This document shows positions 10,160 through 20,717 of a DNA stretch of 64,000 nt, one piece after another. The notes under the pieces are model-generated. The model did not search any database and was not told where the DNA came from. It was given only the letters and a program-made list of their open reading frames with translations. The position numbers and the translations under genes were made by a program. Location: the NCBI GenBank assembly GCA_045645465.1, contig JAZRIV010000007.1, forward strand, positions 5,114 through 69,113, read 5' to 3'. This DNA comes from Candidatus Egerieisoma sp. (lineage in GTDB: Bacteria > Bacteroidota > Bacteroidia > Bacteroidales > UBA932). Every line of letters starts with the position of its first letter. Position 1 is the stretch's first letter.

Positions 10160-11089
10160 ATGAGAAAAAGAAGCATAAGTTCAAAAATAAATCTGCAACG
10201 ATTTGTAAAGATGATAGAGAGTTACAGTTTCAACGACAAACTGATAGCTGTAAACGTATCCCCATTTTCCCAAAGCAATCTGAAAGAATTCCCACCCTCA
10301 AATTCTGAGCCAAACCTCACTGAAACAATGATGGGATTCATGTTCATTATAGCCGGAGAGGTAGAGCTCTCTATAGATTATGTAAATTATACGTTTACAG
10401 AAAATTGCTGGGTAGAACTGAAACCATCTGCAGATGTGAAGCTGCTGGGGCACAGCGAAAATTTTACCGCATATTTGATTTTGGCTACAGAATCTTTTAT
10501 GCTTGATACACTTTTGGACAAAAAACCTATTCCTATTTCCCATTTTGTGGATATGAATGAGTCTCCACACATAAAAATTACAGATGAAGAGCTGGAGGCA
10601 TTAAAATTCAGTGCAGACAGGATACTCTATTATATGAAGCGGGAGCACAACTTTAAAAAAGATATGCTCCACAACACTTTCTACAACTTTATACTGGAAT
10701 CCAGCAACATATTCCGCAACAGAGACGGTGCAAGGAAACAGATGCAGAACCTCTCCCGCAAAGAGAATATAATAAGACACTTCCTTCACCTTGTAGAGGA
10801 ATATGCCATGACAGAGCACAACCCCTCTTTCTATTCAGACAAACTTTGCATCAGCACCCAGTATCTCTCAATCATCCTTAAAGAGACCACCGGGCATACC
10901 GCAAACTACTGGATTGCAAAGAAAATTACTGCCCAGGCAAAGGTTCTCCTTAGAACTCCAAACCTTACCATTAAGGAGATTACAGAGAAACTCCGTTTTG
11001 CAGACCAGTCATCTTTTGGCAAATTCTTTAAAAAGCACACCGGCATATCACCAAAAAAATACCGGGAAGACTTTTCTACTCCCCGGTAA
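10160..11089 (+). CDS. AraC family transcriptional regulator, divergent from the efflux operon
   Basis: C-terminal double HTH (...YSDKLCISTQYLSIILKETTGHTANYWIAKKITAQAKVLL...LRFADQSSFGKFFKKHTGISPKKYR). The start is ambiguous between ATG 10160 and ATG 10211; the ORF-track start at 10124 is a TTG at the predicted transcription start. Confidence 0.85.
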   Translation: MRKRSISSKINLQRFVKMIESYSFNDKLIAVNVSPFSQSNLKEFPPSNSEPNLTETMMGFMFIIAGEVELSIDYVNYTFTENCWVELKPSADVKLLGHSENFTAYLILATESFMLDTLLDKKPIPISHFVDMNESPHIKITDEELEALKFSADRILYYMKREHNFKKDMLHNTFYNFILESSNIFRNRDGARKQMQNLSRKENIIRHFLHLVEEYAMTEHNPSFYSDKLCISTQYLSIILKETTGHTANYWIAKKITAQAKVLLRTPNLTIKEITEKLRFADQSSFGKFFKKHTGISPKKYREDFSTPR

Positions 11090-11114
11090 TTCTTAACATA
11101 AATCTTTTGTGCTA

Positions 11115-12479
11115 TTACAGAACCTCAATAATCCTTTCAAGGCGTTTCCCACGTGAACCTTTTATAAGTACGGAGCAGCCTGAAAGGGGGTTTTCTTTCA
11201 GCTGCTGCTGCAATTGCAAAGAGTCATCATACAACTGGACATCTGCCCCTTGCAGCTTCCCCTCCAATTGGGCCGCCGCCGCTGCAAACTCCCCACCTAC
11301 AAGGAAAATCCTCTCAAAACCTTTCTCCAGTGCCAAGGCAAGTATCCCCTTATGTTCCTGAAGAGAATCAGCTCCAAGTTCAAGCATATCTCCCAACATA
11401 AGCACCTTGCAAGGCATCTTAAGAGCAGCAAAATTCTCTAACGCAGCCCTCATACTGGTTGGATTTGCATTATATGCATCAATTATGAGAGAATTGGAAG
11501 CGGTTCTGGCAAGCTGCGACCTGTTGTTTGAAGGATGGTACCCCCCTATTGCCGCAACCGCATCCTCTGCCGGCACATCCATATAGGAAGAGACACATAA
11601 AGCCGCCAGAACATTATCTGAATTGTACGCACCAATAAGATTTGTGGCAACAGTTATCCACTCTGGTTTCCCTTCCTCATTCACAGAGGTATATGATGGA
11701 TTGGGAATCATCATCTTCAGAAAAGGAGATCCACCCTCATCTACTATTACCTTTGCCCCGTCATTATTTATACCATAAGGGACAATCTGCAATTTCTGTC
11801 TTTGGGCAGCCATTTTCATCAACAGAGGGTTGTCTATATTTACAAAAGCAATCTTGCGGTGCTCCTGCAAATCATCATAAAGTTCCCCTTTTGTAGCCAT
11901 TACCCCCTCAAGCGAGCCAAAACCCTGCAGATGCGCCTTTCCGACATTTGTTACAAGGCCAAAACTTGGGCATGCAATTCTCATTAAAGTGCTTATCTCT
12001 CCCGGATTGCTTGCCCCCATTTCTATAACTGCCGCCTGAGTATCACTGCCAAGCCTCAACAATGTAAGTGGAACTCCAATATGGTTGTTCAGATTCCCCT
12101 CTGTTGCCACAACATTATATTTTGTGCGCAAACAAGCAGCAATAAGTTCCTTGGTAGTGGTCTTTCCATTTGTCCCTGTAAGGGCTATTACCGGAATCCT
12201 GAACTGTTTTCTATGATATCTTGCAACCTGCTGCAATGCGACAAGCACATCTTCCACCAGAACAAACTTCTCCGGATTTGACTCTTCAACCTCCTGCTCA
12301 TCTACAACAGCATAAGCCGCCCCGGCATCCAAAGCAGCCTGGGCAAATCTGTTACCATTGAATGTTTCCCCCTTAAGGGCAAAAAACATCCCACCCCCAA
12401 CAATATTTCTTGTATCTGTACATACTCCCGACGTATGGGAATACAACTCATATATTTCCTCAATCTGAAGATTTTTCAT
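11115..12479 (-). CDS. murF: UDP-N-acetylmuramoyl-tripeptide--D-alanyl-D-alanine ligase
   Basis: 454-aa Mur ligase with P-loop ALTGTNGKTTTKE. The N-terminus (TDTRNIVGGGMFFALKGETFNGNRFA) is characteristic of MurF. Confidence 0.9.
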   Translation of the reverse strand: MKNLQIEEIYELYSHTSGVCTDTRNIVGGGMFFALKGETFNGNRFAQAALDAGAAYAVVDEQEVEESNPEKFVLVEDVLVALQQVARYHRKQFRIPVIALTGTNGKTTTKELIAACLRTKYNVVATEGNLNNHIGVPLTLLRLGSDTQAAVIEMGASNPGEISTLMRIACPSFGLVTNVGKAHLQGFGSLEGVMATKGELYDDLQEHRKIAFVNIDNPLLMKMAAQRQKLQIVPYGINNDGAKVIVDEGGSPFLKMMIPNPSYTSVNEEGKPEWITVATNLIGAYNSDNVLAALCVSSYMDVPAEDAVAAIGGYHPSNNRSQLARTASNSLIIDAYNANPTSMRAALENFAALKMPCKVLMLGDMLELGADSLQEHKGILALALEKGFERIFLVGGEFAAAAAQLEGKLQGADVQLYDDSLQLQQQLKENPLSGCSVLIKGSRGKRLERIIEVL

Positions 12480-12489
12480 ACAGGCCCCC

Positions 12490-12924
12490 TTATTTTACAC
12501 CTGTTGAACCAAAACCACCCGCTCCACGCTCTGTCTCACCCAAAACCTCAACCTCTTCCCACTCAATCTTCTCATACTTGGCAATAACCATCTGGGCTAT
12601 CCTCTCTCCTGGATTAATCACAAACTTCTCCTTTGAAAGATTTACCAGAATAACCTTTATCTCTCCACGATAATCTGCATCCACCGTTCCAGGGCTATTG
12701 CAAACAGTAACCCCATGTTTTGCAGCCAGACCGCTTCTTGGCCTTATCTGAGCCTCATAACCTGCAGGAAGCTCTATGTACAACCCGGTAGGGACCATTG
12801 CCCTGCAAAGGGAATCCAATTCAACAGGCTCATCTATGGCAGCCTTAAGATCCATTCCTGCAGAGAGTTCTGTTGCATAAAAAGGTGCATCAAACCCACT
12901 CTTGTTTACAATCTTAACTTTCAT
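12490..12924 (-). CDS. dut: dUTP diphosphatase
   Basis: 144 aa with motifs [26 protein letters not shown] and [11 protein letters not shown]. Confidence 0.95.
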   Translation of the reverse strand: MKVKIVNKSGFDAPFYATELSAGMDLKAAIDEPVELDSLCRAMVPTGLYIELPAGYEAQIRPRSGLAAKHGVTVCNSPGTVDADYRGEIKVILVNLSKEKFVINPGERIAQMVIAKYEKIEWEEVEVLGETERGAGGFGSTGVK

Positions 12925-12940
12925 AATATATCTTGTTTTA

Positions 12941-14428
12941 TCATTTTCTTATTCCCGACAAAATTCGCCCTGCTCCACCGTTCATCTTCACAACCGCCGC
13001 CATATACCCCAATAGCAACAATGTGTTAATTCCAAGTTTTAAAACCAGATTGCCACGTATGAATACCAGTTGCTGCAATACCACCGAGATTGCAAAAATC
13101 AGAAGACCGCACAACACGTACCTGCATATCTTCTTCCAATCATACGGAATATAGTAATGTCTGTTACCCAACCACACACTGTACACCAGCATTACCAGAC
13201 AACTCAACACGTGTGCTGCAACCGATGCCCAATAAGAGAACAACGGCATAAAAACTATATTCACCACAACTGTTACCGCCAATCCCACAAGTGTAATGTT
13301 TATTGCGTATCTGGTTTCTCCGCTAAGTTTGTACCACATAGATACATTAAAGAGCATACCCAAAAGCATATACGAAATGAGCATAAACGGTACTGTACCC
13401 AACGCTCCCCTAAAATCTTTACCTAAAATAAGTCCAATTATATCCATATAAAGGGTAACACCAAGGAAGATGAGTACACAAAATGCCGTAAAGTACTCCA
13501 TAACCTGTGCCAGCAGTTCCTTGTTCTTGCCTCTTGCAAAAAAGAACGGCTCTGCCGCATACCTGAACATCTGAATAAACAGGTTCATTATTACAGCAAG
13601 TTTTACAGCTGCCTGATATTCACCCAAATCAGCTCTCCAAATAGCGCCATCTGGAGCAAAGAAGCGGAAGAGGATACGGTCGAAACTCTCATTAACAATA
13701 CCTGGCAAACCTGCCACCATAAGTGGTATTGAATATATCATCATCTCTCTCCACAACCCTTTGTTGAAGGAAACTTTCATCCGCAAGATGTCGGGAATAA
13801 AAAGTAGTGCACACATCACACAACTGAGAAAAACTGCAAATATTATATATGAGAAATCTGCGTTTGCCGGTATGAAATTAAGGATAAAACTGTGGGGATT
13901 ATCAGCCAGATACCCTGGTACCACAAAGAAGAGGAGAAGATTGAACCCCAACTCGCTCAAAATCTTTACAGTTTTGAATACTGCAAACTTGAGTGCCTTC
14001 TGCAGAAACCTCAACCTTGCAAAAAGTATTGCTGTAATTGAATCCAGAGCCAGAATACCTCCTGTATACAGAATCATCTTGCCATAACCTGCATACCCCA
14101 TTGCAGAGGCTATACTGTCTGAGAAAAGCCACATTAATGCAAAGAACAGGAAACTGATTCCCGACACAGTAGTAAAAGCTGTCCCAAAAGGTTTTGAAGA
14201 ATCCTCAACCTTGTTGGCGAACCTGAAACACCCTGTCTCCAGACCAAGGACAAGCACCACCTGCAATACTGCTATGTACGACATTATCTCTGAGTACGAT
14301 CCATATTCACCCGTTGTAAGGATACGGGTATAGATAGGGACAAAGAAGAAATTTATCATCCTTGCCAATATGGTGCTTAGACCGTATATTGCAGTCTCAC
14401 CTGCCAGTTTTTTAAGTACGCCCATCAA
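12941..14428 (-). CDS. MOP-superfamily polysaccharide/oligosaccharide flippase (Wzx-like)
   Basis: 495-aa polytopic membrane protein starting [37 protein letters not shown], typical of polysaccharide biosynthesis flippases. Confidence 0.8.
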   Translation of the reverse strand: MMGVLKKLAGETAIYGLSTILARMINFFFVPIYTRILTTGEYGSYSEIMSYIAVLQVVLVLGLETGCFRFANKVEDSSKPFGTAFTTVSGISFLFFALMWLFSDSIASAMGYAGYGKMILYTGGILALDSITAILFARLRFLQKALKFAVFKTVKILSELGFNLLLFFVVPGYLADNPHSFILNFIPANADFSYIIFAVFLSCVMCALLFIPDILRMKVSFNKGLWREMMIYSIPLMVAGLPGIVNESFDRILFRFFAPDGAIWRADLGEYQAAVKLAVIMNLFIQMFRYAAEPFFFARGKNKELLAQVMEYFTAFCVLIFLGVTLYMDIIGLILGKDFRGALGTVPFMLISYMLLGMLFNVSMWYKLSGETRYAINITLVGLAVTVVVNIVFMPLFSYWASVAAHVLSCLVMLVYSVWLGNRHYYIPYDWKKICRYVLCGLLIFAISVVLQQLVFIRGNLVLKLGINTLLLLGYMAAVVKMNGGAGRILSGIRK

Positions 14429-14431
14429 ATA

Positions 14432-16651
14432 CTATTCTGTCATTCTATTTTTGAACAGAAGAAAGCCTATATCCAGTTGAGGGTACCATTTATGCTGCTC
14501 TCCCCGTTCATAGTAACTTAAAGAGAGTGAGACCGGTCCTATTGGCAGTTGCCACACCAATGCAGCATTTGCCAGAAATGCCCCCTTTGGAAACCGTTTG
14601 GTATAACCGTATGCTCCTCCCTCTGTTTCATAAATCTGCCGGTAAGGCTGGAAGTATGAAACATTTGTATGCAAAAATAGTGTTTTTAGCACACAAATCA
14701 CTGGAGAAATTCCAATTCCTGCATAACTGTTTGCCCGGTACCCTTTAAGGAGCTTTGTATAAGCATTTGGAAAAGGTGCAAAAGAGGGCATACTCAAAAG
14801 AGCCGGAACATACCCGGCCAACCCCATATCTTCCTTAATGGAGATAACAGCACTGTACCCCAACTTTAATCTCCGGCCAATATCTGCAAAAGATTCATAA
14901 CTGGCCCTGAAGCCCAGATTGTTGTGCCTGACATCTTCCAAAAGCAAATTACCGTTAGACTCCACAGCATAAGTCCATCTTGCCACAACATCCATTTTCA
15001 CCCCCTCTGTAGGATATAACGGATAATTTTGGGTATTGCGGCTCAATGCCACAGATGGGGAGACAAGGGAAATTGCAGTTCTTTCCCCATATTCATATAT
15101 CCCTTTCCCCAATGATGCATTTGCTCCAAGCTGCAAACTTCCGTCGGGACTTAAAGCAACCGCCCCTCCCCCATTAAAGTAAAACTCCTTCTGCAAAATA
15201 TCCTCCCTTTTATAATTGGAACTGTTTGCAACAATCCGGGCAGTATAATACACCTGTGGATGAGCCCCAACATTATAACGCCACTTTACAGCCGCCCCTT
15301 TATAGAATGAGCCCAAGTTCCCCTGAAACATAATTTTGTACGGAGTCTTACCCAAATGTTGCCAGGAGAGTTCCAGATACCCCTGGTTCAAATTTGCAGA
15401 AGAGATGTTTCCTCCCAATCCCACACCAAGACGGGGAGCTCTGGAGGCCTTTATCTTTAATGTAAACAGAGAATCATCTTCAGGAATGTATGAAGGATAT
15501 AAAGTCTTGAACATCCCAGTAGATGCCACTCTGTAATACCCCTGCCTGAGTTTTGCAAAATTGAACGGAGATTCCCCGCCTTCCATTATTGTATTCTTTA
15601 TAAACTCCATCTCCCCCTCTCCAATATTCCCTTCAAAGAGAATATCAGGAGCAAATTCAATCTTCCTGTTCTTCTGCCTGAATACAAATCTCATTGAGTC
15701 CAACTCCCTCTGTGACCGCCTGCGTTCCACCTTGTGTAAAATTGAATCCATCATATTATTTGCATTGGCATACCCCAATCCAATGATTTCTCTCCCCTTC
15801 TCAAATTCCATAACGCCATAGGGGTATCTTCCCGATACCACCATCCCCTTATCTGGAGGTATATTGAAGTCTGTGGGATGCACTATCATATTGGTAATCT
15901 GCCCTATAACATCCTCATCATCTAATGGGGCATCTTCCGAGACACATTTTGCCCCAATTATGACATCTGGAGAATAAAGCCGGGCCAATTCTTTCCACGG
16001 AAAATTATCATAAAACCCACCATCAAACAAGACTGTGGAATCTATGGTTATTGGTTTGAATACAAACGGATATGTCATTGAAGCCCTTACAGCACTACCC
16101 AAATCTCCAGTCGTATGAATGACCTTCCTTTTGTTCTTCACATCAGAAGAGACACAGAAGAACGGAACCATCAGGTTTGAAAAATTGTATCCTGCCGCCA
16201 CAGATGGAGAAGCATACGTATCCATCATTGCAAGGTCCATTGGAAATGGCTCTACAATACTGCTTGGGAATGAAATATTTATCTTTCCCTGTTTGCGATG
16301 AAACAAGAGTGTAACCATTTTAGGCGATACTTCATCTTTATAGAACAGGCTTCCCAACCCCTTTTCCTGCTTTCCACTGCACCAGGCCGCAAAATCCTCT
16401 GATGTGACAATATCTTCCATTTCACTGGGAGAAAGCCCTATTGCATATAAAGATGCTATTACCGCCCCCATTGATGTTCCACATATATAGTCAATTGGAA
16501 CATTGTTCTCCTCCAATGCTCTTATCACTCCAATATGGGAGAGCCCTTTTGCTCCTCCACCACTCAATACAAGCCCCACTCTCTGTTGCTGGGCAACAGC
16601 AGCTATCGGGAGTATTATTGCAACCATTATTTTTAAAATGTATCTGCTCAT
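14432..16651 (-). CDS. Patatin-like phospholipase fused to a C-terminal outer-membrane beta-barrel region
   Basis: Signal peptide, then the oxyanion motif GLVLSGGGAKG, the serine motif GTSMGA and DGGFYDN. The ~450-aa C-terminal part is rich in alternating beta-strand sequence. Confidence 0.85.
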   Translation of the reverse strand: MSRYILKIMVAIILPIAAVAQQQRVGLVLSGGGAKGLSHIGVIRALEENNVPIDYICGTSMGAVIASLYAIGLSPSEMEDIVTSEDFAAWCSGKQEKGLGSLFYKDEVSPKMVTLLFHRKQGKINISFPSSIVEPFPMDLAMMDTYASPSVAAGYNFSNLMVPFFCVSSDVKNKRKVIHTTGDLGSAVRASMTYPFVFKPITIDSTVLFDGGFYDNFPWKELARLYSPDVIIGAKCVSEDAPLDDEDVIGQITNMIVHPTDFNIPPDKGMVVSGRYPYGVMEFEKGREIIGLGYANANNMMDSILHKVERRRSQRELDSMRFVFRQKNRKIEFAPDILFEGNIGEGEMEFIKNTIMEGGESPFNFAKLRQGYYRVASTGMFKTLYPSYIPEDDSLFTLKIKASRAPRLGVGLGGNISSANLNQGYLELSWQHLGKTPYKIMFQGNLGSFYKGAAVKWRYNVGAHPQVYYTARIVANSSNYKREDILQKEFYFNGGGAVALSPDGSLQLGANASLGKGIYEYGERTAISLVSPSVALSRNTQNYPLYPTEGVKMDVVARWTYAVESNGNLLLEDVRHNNLGFRASYESFADIGRRLKLGYSAVISIKEDMGLAGYVPALLSMPSFAPFPNAYTKLLKGYRANSYAGIGISPVICVLKTLFLHTNVSYFQPYRQIYETEGGAYGYTKRFPKGAFLANAALVWQLPIGPVSLSLSYYERGEQHKWYPQLDIGFLLFKNRMTE

Positions 16652-16666
16652 TTCTGCAAAAAAGGC

Positions 16667-16674
16667 TAACTTTG
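16667..16674 (+). promoter_or_regulatory. -7 promoter box (TAACTTTG) for the cyclophilin gene
   Basis: Exact TAnnTTTG match 37 nt upstream of ATG 16712. Confidence 0.5.
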
Positions 16675-16711
16675 TACAAACAGGAATGTATTCACTTTAA
16701 AAACAAAAAAT

Positions 16712-17374
16712 ATGAAAACAAGATTAATCAGTTTGCTATTTATTGCAACAATCCTTGTTGCCGGATGTAAAAGCGGCAATAAAGAGGCTGCCCAGAGCAC
16801 CCCTGCACCAGTAGAGGTTAAAGCTCCAGCATTGGCATTTGACCCGCAGACATTACCTGAAGAGCCAATCTTTAACATTGAGACAACAAAAGGAACAATT
16901 AAAATCAAACTTTACAAGGAAACCCCTCTTCACAGAGACAATTTTGTAAAACTTGCTTCTGAGAGATTTTACGACAACATTATGTTCCACCGCGTAATCA
17001 AAGGATTTATGGTTCAGGTTGGTGATCCTCTAACAAAAGACAAAAATGCAGATCCTGCACAATACGGCACAGGTGGTCCTGGTTATACTATCCCTGCAGA
17101 GATTCTTCCTCAATTCAGTCATAAGAAAGGTGCTTTGGCAGCAGCACGTAAAGGGGACAAAACCAACCCTGCAAGAGAATCTTCGGGTTCACAGTTCTAT
17201 TTTGTGGAGGATGAGACAGGTTGTTCACACCTGGACGGACAATACACCATCTTTGGTGAAACTCTTGAGGGTCTTGAGGTAATTGATGCAATTGCAGCAG
17301 AGCCTGTAACTGCCCCTAAAAATGCCCCAGTAAACCCTATCAAGATTATCAGTGTTATGCCTGCTGCCGAATAA
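16712..17374 (+). CDS. Cyclophilin-type peptidyl-prolyl cis-trans isomerase, lipoprotein
   Basis: Lipobox ILVAGC, then FHRVIKGFMVQVGDP and SGSQFYF motifs. Confidence 0.9.
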   Translation: MKTRLISLLFIATILVAGCKSGNKEAAQSTPAPVEVKAPALAFDPQTLPEEPIFNIETTKGTIKIKLYKETPLHRDNFVKLASERFYDNIMFHRVIKGFMVQVGDPLTKDKNADPAQYGTGGPGYTIPAEILPQFSHKKGALAAARKGDKTNPARESSGSQFYFVEDETGCSHLDGQYTIFGETLEGLEVIDAIAAEPVTAPKNAPVNPIKIISVMPAAE

Positions 17375-17395
17375 GATTACGGCATACCTCAAACA

Positions 17396-17453
17396 AAGAG
17401 GCTGACTCAAAAGGGTAAATTTTACGTTACTCCATCTTTTGAGTCAGCCTCTT
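17396..17453. terminator. Bidirectional terminator hairpin between convergent genes
   Basis: Perfect 18-bp stem: AAGAGGCTGACTCAAAAG (17396-17413) pairs with CTTTTGAGTCAGCCTCTT (17436-17453) around a 22-nt loop. Confidence 0.7.
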
Positions 17454-17454
17454 C

Positions 17455-18405
17455 TTATCTTCTCCACCACTTGACACGCATCCTGTGCACCCATTCTCTC
17501 ACCGGAGTTATATAACGGTCTACCTTTTCAGGGTACATATCAGGAATCTTAACAAGAATTCCGGTCTCTTCAACTCCACCAAATCCATGATTCACTGCTG
17601 TACCAAACACTTTCATAGAAGGGGAAAGATTCATATATGAATTGATAAGTGGAGGGATGTGTTCTCCATTGTTCTTAATCTCTTTCTGCAACACCTTGTA
17701 GCCATCTTTATATTCCATATCTTTAAAAAGCTCTGCAAAATATGGGTTGTCAATATCACAATCCAACGACACAACCGGCCTTACTAGTGACAGATGGTCA
17801 TTAAAGTACTTCCTTAAGAAATGGAGCAACATGTTCCTCGCTCTTGCATTATAGGAGGTGTACATTGTAACCTTTCCAAAAAAGTATTTGACATTGGGGT
17901 TCTTTACAATAAGTGCTCCCAATCCATCCCAAAGATTGTCCAGAGCATATAGGCTCTTGCGCCTGATGTTAGTACTCTGGTAGTTTGGCTGTACAAATGA
18001 TCTGCCAAGTTCTATGGTAAATGGCATATAGTCGTTTATGAACTCGTCTGAGAAATCAAACAGTTCCTTTGTTGCCATTTTCCTGATATCCAACCCGCCG
18101 CAATGTATATAACGGTAACCTCCTATAATCTCCTTGTCGTGCGGATCCCAAACTATAAGCTGGCGGTAAGGCTCGTGCGGATCAATATCATATTCATCTA
18201 TATCAACAGCCTTGCCTGTTCCGCCACCTGCAAGTCTGAACGAAATCTCCCTCAAACGCCCAATCTCCTGCATTACATTAGGAGAGTCCTGCGCCGTAAC
18301 CTCATACAGATGATTACGTCCTTTTCTGGTTATCCTTATAAATTTCTCTTTTGTAAGTTCTTTTATAATAAGTTCCCTGTCCACGGGTGCAATTATCGGT
18401 TCCAT
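17455..18405 (-). CDS. GNAT-fold N-acyltransferase of the OlsB/GlsB (amino-acid lipid) type
   Basis: 316-aa protein followed by a PlsC-type acyltransferase, the two-gene layout known for glycine-lipid/flavolipin synthesis in Bacteroides. The assignment rests on context plus general family resemblance. Confidence 0.7.
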   Translation of the reverse strand: MEPIIAPVDRELIIKELTKEKFIRITRKGRNHLYEVTAQDSPNVMQEIGRLREISFRLAGGGTGKAVDIDEYDIDPHEPYRQLIVWDPHDKEIIGGYRYIHCGGLDIRKMATKELFDFSDEFINDYMPFTIELGRSFVQPNYQSTNIRRKSLYALDNLWDGLGALIVKNPNVKYFFGKVTMYTSYNARARNMLLHFLRKYFNDHLSLVRPVVSLDCDIDNPYFAELFKDMEYKDGYKVLQKEIKNNGEHIPPLINSYMNLSPSMKVFGTAVNHGFGGVEETGILVKIPDMYPEKVDRYITPVREWVHRMRVKWWRR

Positions 18406-18426
18406 TTTACTTAAGTCTGGTTTAGT

Positions 18427-19260
18427 TTAGTTTTGTTTCAGTTCATAACATTTCTCCCTTATCACCTTGCACCACTCATCCAAACTTTTGCTTGAATCTA
18501 TTGAAGATATGGGTACAGGCTCCCCTATGATGACTTCAAAGATACTGTTTTTTTGACGGAACATTTCATCGGGAAGAAAAATCATCTCTATATTGAACTT
18601 TATTCCAAGAAATTTTCTGATTTTGGCAAGACGGTAAAAGAAATTTGAATTCTGCCCGCCAAAATATATTGGAACTATATCTCTGTTGTACCGTTTGGCC
18701 TGCTTTATAAAATTCTTCTTCCACTCAAGGTCTGTAATTTGTCCATCAATGAGTCTTGAACACAATCCTGCCGGGAAATAGAGAATCTGGTCATCTGAAG
18801 CATAGGCATTATGAATACGCTCCCCATACTCCTTGCCCATTCTGCCGTGCTTGTTTATGGGTACAAAGATATTTCTCATAGGGACAATGTTCAAAAGGAT
18901 ATCATTCACAACAAATTTTATTCCTCCAAACAATTTGCCAATAAGAGATATAAGGGTAAGTCCGTCAAGCCCGCCCAATGGGTGGTTTGAAACAAAAATA
19001 TATCTCTTCTCGTGGTCCAAACTATCTCTGTCAATGAACTTTACATTACTTTTTGCGTTAAGCCACTGAAGCACCTTGTCTGCAAACTCCACATCAATGG
19101 CACCATTGCTGAACTCCAGGATACTGTTAAGTTCATCCTGATGAATTATCTTTTTTAACCAACGCATAAGAAACTTTGGTGTGAATTTTGCCAAGCGTTC
19201 ACTTTTGGATGCAATTACTGCATTCACATCTATTTTCAAATCTTTGTTGTAGCTCTCCAT
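18427..19260 (-). CDS. PlsC-type lysolipid O-acyltransferase (GlsA/OlsA-like)
   Basis: HX4D-type motif in FVSNHPLGGLDG and a downstream FPAGLCSR motif. It lies directly upstream of the N-acyltransferase gene in the same operon. Confidence 0.75.
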   Translation of the reverse strand: MESYNKDLKIDVNAVIASKSERLAKFTPKFLMRWLKKIIHQDELNSILEFSNGAIDVEFADKVLQWLNAKSNVKFIDRDSLDHEKRYIFVSNHPLGGLDGLTLISLIGKLFGGIKFVVNDILLNIVPMRNIFVPINKHGRMGKEYGERIHNAYASDDQILYFPAGLCSRLIDGQITDLEWKKNFIKQAKRYNRDIVPIYFGGQNSNFFYRLAKIRKFLGIKFNIEMIFLPDEMFRQKNSIFEVIIGEPVPISSIDSSKSLDEWCKVIREKCYELKQN

Positions 19261-19300
19261 AACGGGTTTTGAATTATAGATGCTAAGTTAAAAAAAATTG

Positions 19301-19308
19301 TATCTTTG
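19301..19308 (+). promoter_or_regulatory. -7 promoter box (TATCTTTG) only 5 nt before the rpoN ATG
   Basis: Exact TAnnTTTG match. The ATG is at 19314, so the mRNA is predicted to be leaderless or nearly so. Confidence 0.5.
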
Positions 19309-19313
19309 CCATT

Positions 19314-20717
19314 ATGTTAAAACAAGGGTTACAGCAAAAACAGCAACAAAAGTTATCACCTCTCCAGATTCAGACCATAAAACTTCTGGAGCTTCCAACA
19401 CTTGAGCTTGAGCAGAAAGTAAGGAAAGAGTTGGAGGAGAACCCTGTATTGGATGAAATTACAGAGAGTGCAGATCTGGAGGATGATGCTCCAAAGAATG
19501 TATCTTTAAATGAATATCCGGCAGATGACCCTACACCATCATACAAACTGTATGTAAACAATCAGGGGAAAGATATCAAACCCCAATACAATACATTTTC
19601 AGTTAAAGAGAGTTTTCAGGAGAATCTTGTTGTCCAGCTTGGGTACAGGAAGTTGGATGAGAGGAGCCGTGCAATTGCCATATTCATCATTGGCAGCCTG
19701 GATGATGACGGATACCTCAGGAGAGATCTTGAATCCCTTTCTTATGACATCCTGTTGAGGCTTAATATTGAGACAGATGAGCAGGAACTTGAAAAAATCC
19801 TTAAAGTCATTCAGGAGTTTGACCCGGCTGGCGTAGGTGCAAGAGATTTGCAGGAGTGCCTGTTGCTTCAGATCAATCCCAAAACAGAGGCTGGCGAAAG
19901 GGCTAAAACCATATTGAGCGACTATTTTCTGGAGTTTACAAAAAAACACTACTCAAAAATTATCTCAAAAATGGGTATTACCCAAGAAGAACTGAAAGAG
20001 GCAATTGATGAGATAGTAAGGCTTAACCCACGTCCTGGCGGACAAATAGATGACTCTTACGATGAGCAGGCACAACAGATTGTACCTGACTTTCTGTTGG
20101 AAGAGAAAGATGGCGAACTTATTATGAGTATGCCAAAGTTCTCGCTCCCTGAACTTAAGGTAAACAAGAGATATGCGGAACTTCTTATGAACTCTTCCAG
20201 CACAAACACAAAAGCCGGAAGAGAGGCAGCAAGTTTTGTAAAACAGAAGCTGGATTCTGCAAAATGGTTTATTGAGGCATTAAAGCAGAGACAGAACACC
20301 CTGCAGAACACTATGAACGCCATAATAGATTTCCAGAGAGACTACTTTATGGATGGTGATGAGACCAAACTCAAACCAATGGTCCTTAAGAACATTGCAG
20401 AAAAAACCGGCCTTGACATATCTACAATCTCAAGAGTTGTCAACTGCAAATACATTCAGACCCACTTTGGGATCTACCCTTTGAAATACTTCTTCTCAGA
20501 GGGACTTATGACAGAGGGTGGAGAGGAGGTTTCTACCAGAGAAATAAAGAAAATACTTGCAGAGAGTGTAGATGCAGAAGACAAGAGCAAGCCTCTTACA
20601 GATGAAGAACTTGTTGATGTACTGCAACAAAAAGGTTACAAAGTTGCCCGCCGCACTGTTGCCAAGTACAGGGAGCAACTCAGTATCCCTATTGCCAGAT
20701 TAAGAAAAGAGCTATAG
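19314..20717 (+). CDS. rpoN: RNA polymerase sigma-54 factor
   Basis: N-terminal Gln/Leu-rich region I (MLKQGLQQKQQQKLSPLQIQTIKLLELP) and a C-terminal RpoN box (VARRTVAKYREQLSIP). Confidence 0.95.
   Translation: MLKQGLQQKQQQKLSPLQIQTIKLLELPTLELEQKVRKELEENPVLDEITESADLEDDAPKNVSLNEYPADDPTPSYKLYVNNQGKDIKPQYNTFSVKESFQENLVVQLGYRKLDERSRAIAIFIIGSLDDDGYLRRDLESLSYDILLRLNIETDEQELEKILKVIQEFDPAGVGARDLQECLLLQINPKTEAGERAKTILSDYFLEFTKKHYSKIISKMGITQEELKEAIDEIVRLNPRPGGQIDDSYDEQAQQIVPDFLLEEKDGELIMSMPKFSLPELKVNKRYAELLMNSSSTNTKAGREAASFVKQKLDSAKWFIEALKQRQNTLQNTMNAIIDFQRDYFMDGDETKLKPMVLKNIAEKTGLDISTISRVVNCKYIQTHFGIYPLKYFFSEGLMTEGGEEVSTREIKKILAESVDAEDKSKPLTDEELVDVLQQKGYKVARRTVAKYREQLSIPIARLRKEL

Noticed and set aside
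20712-20717. rpoN and upp converge and share the palindromic hexamer CTATAG, so that each gene ends Leu-stop on its own strand.
   Set aside because: This is a neat coincidence of a 6-bp overlap of convergent genes. Nothing suggests a regulatory role beyond compaction.
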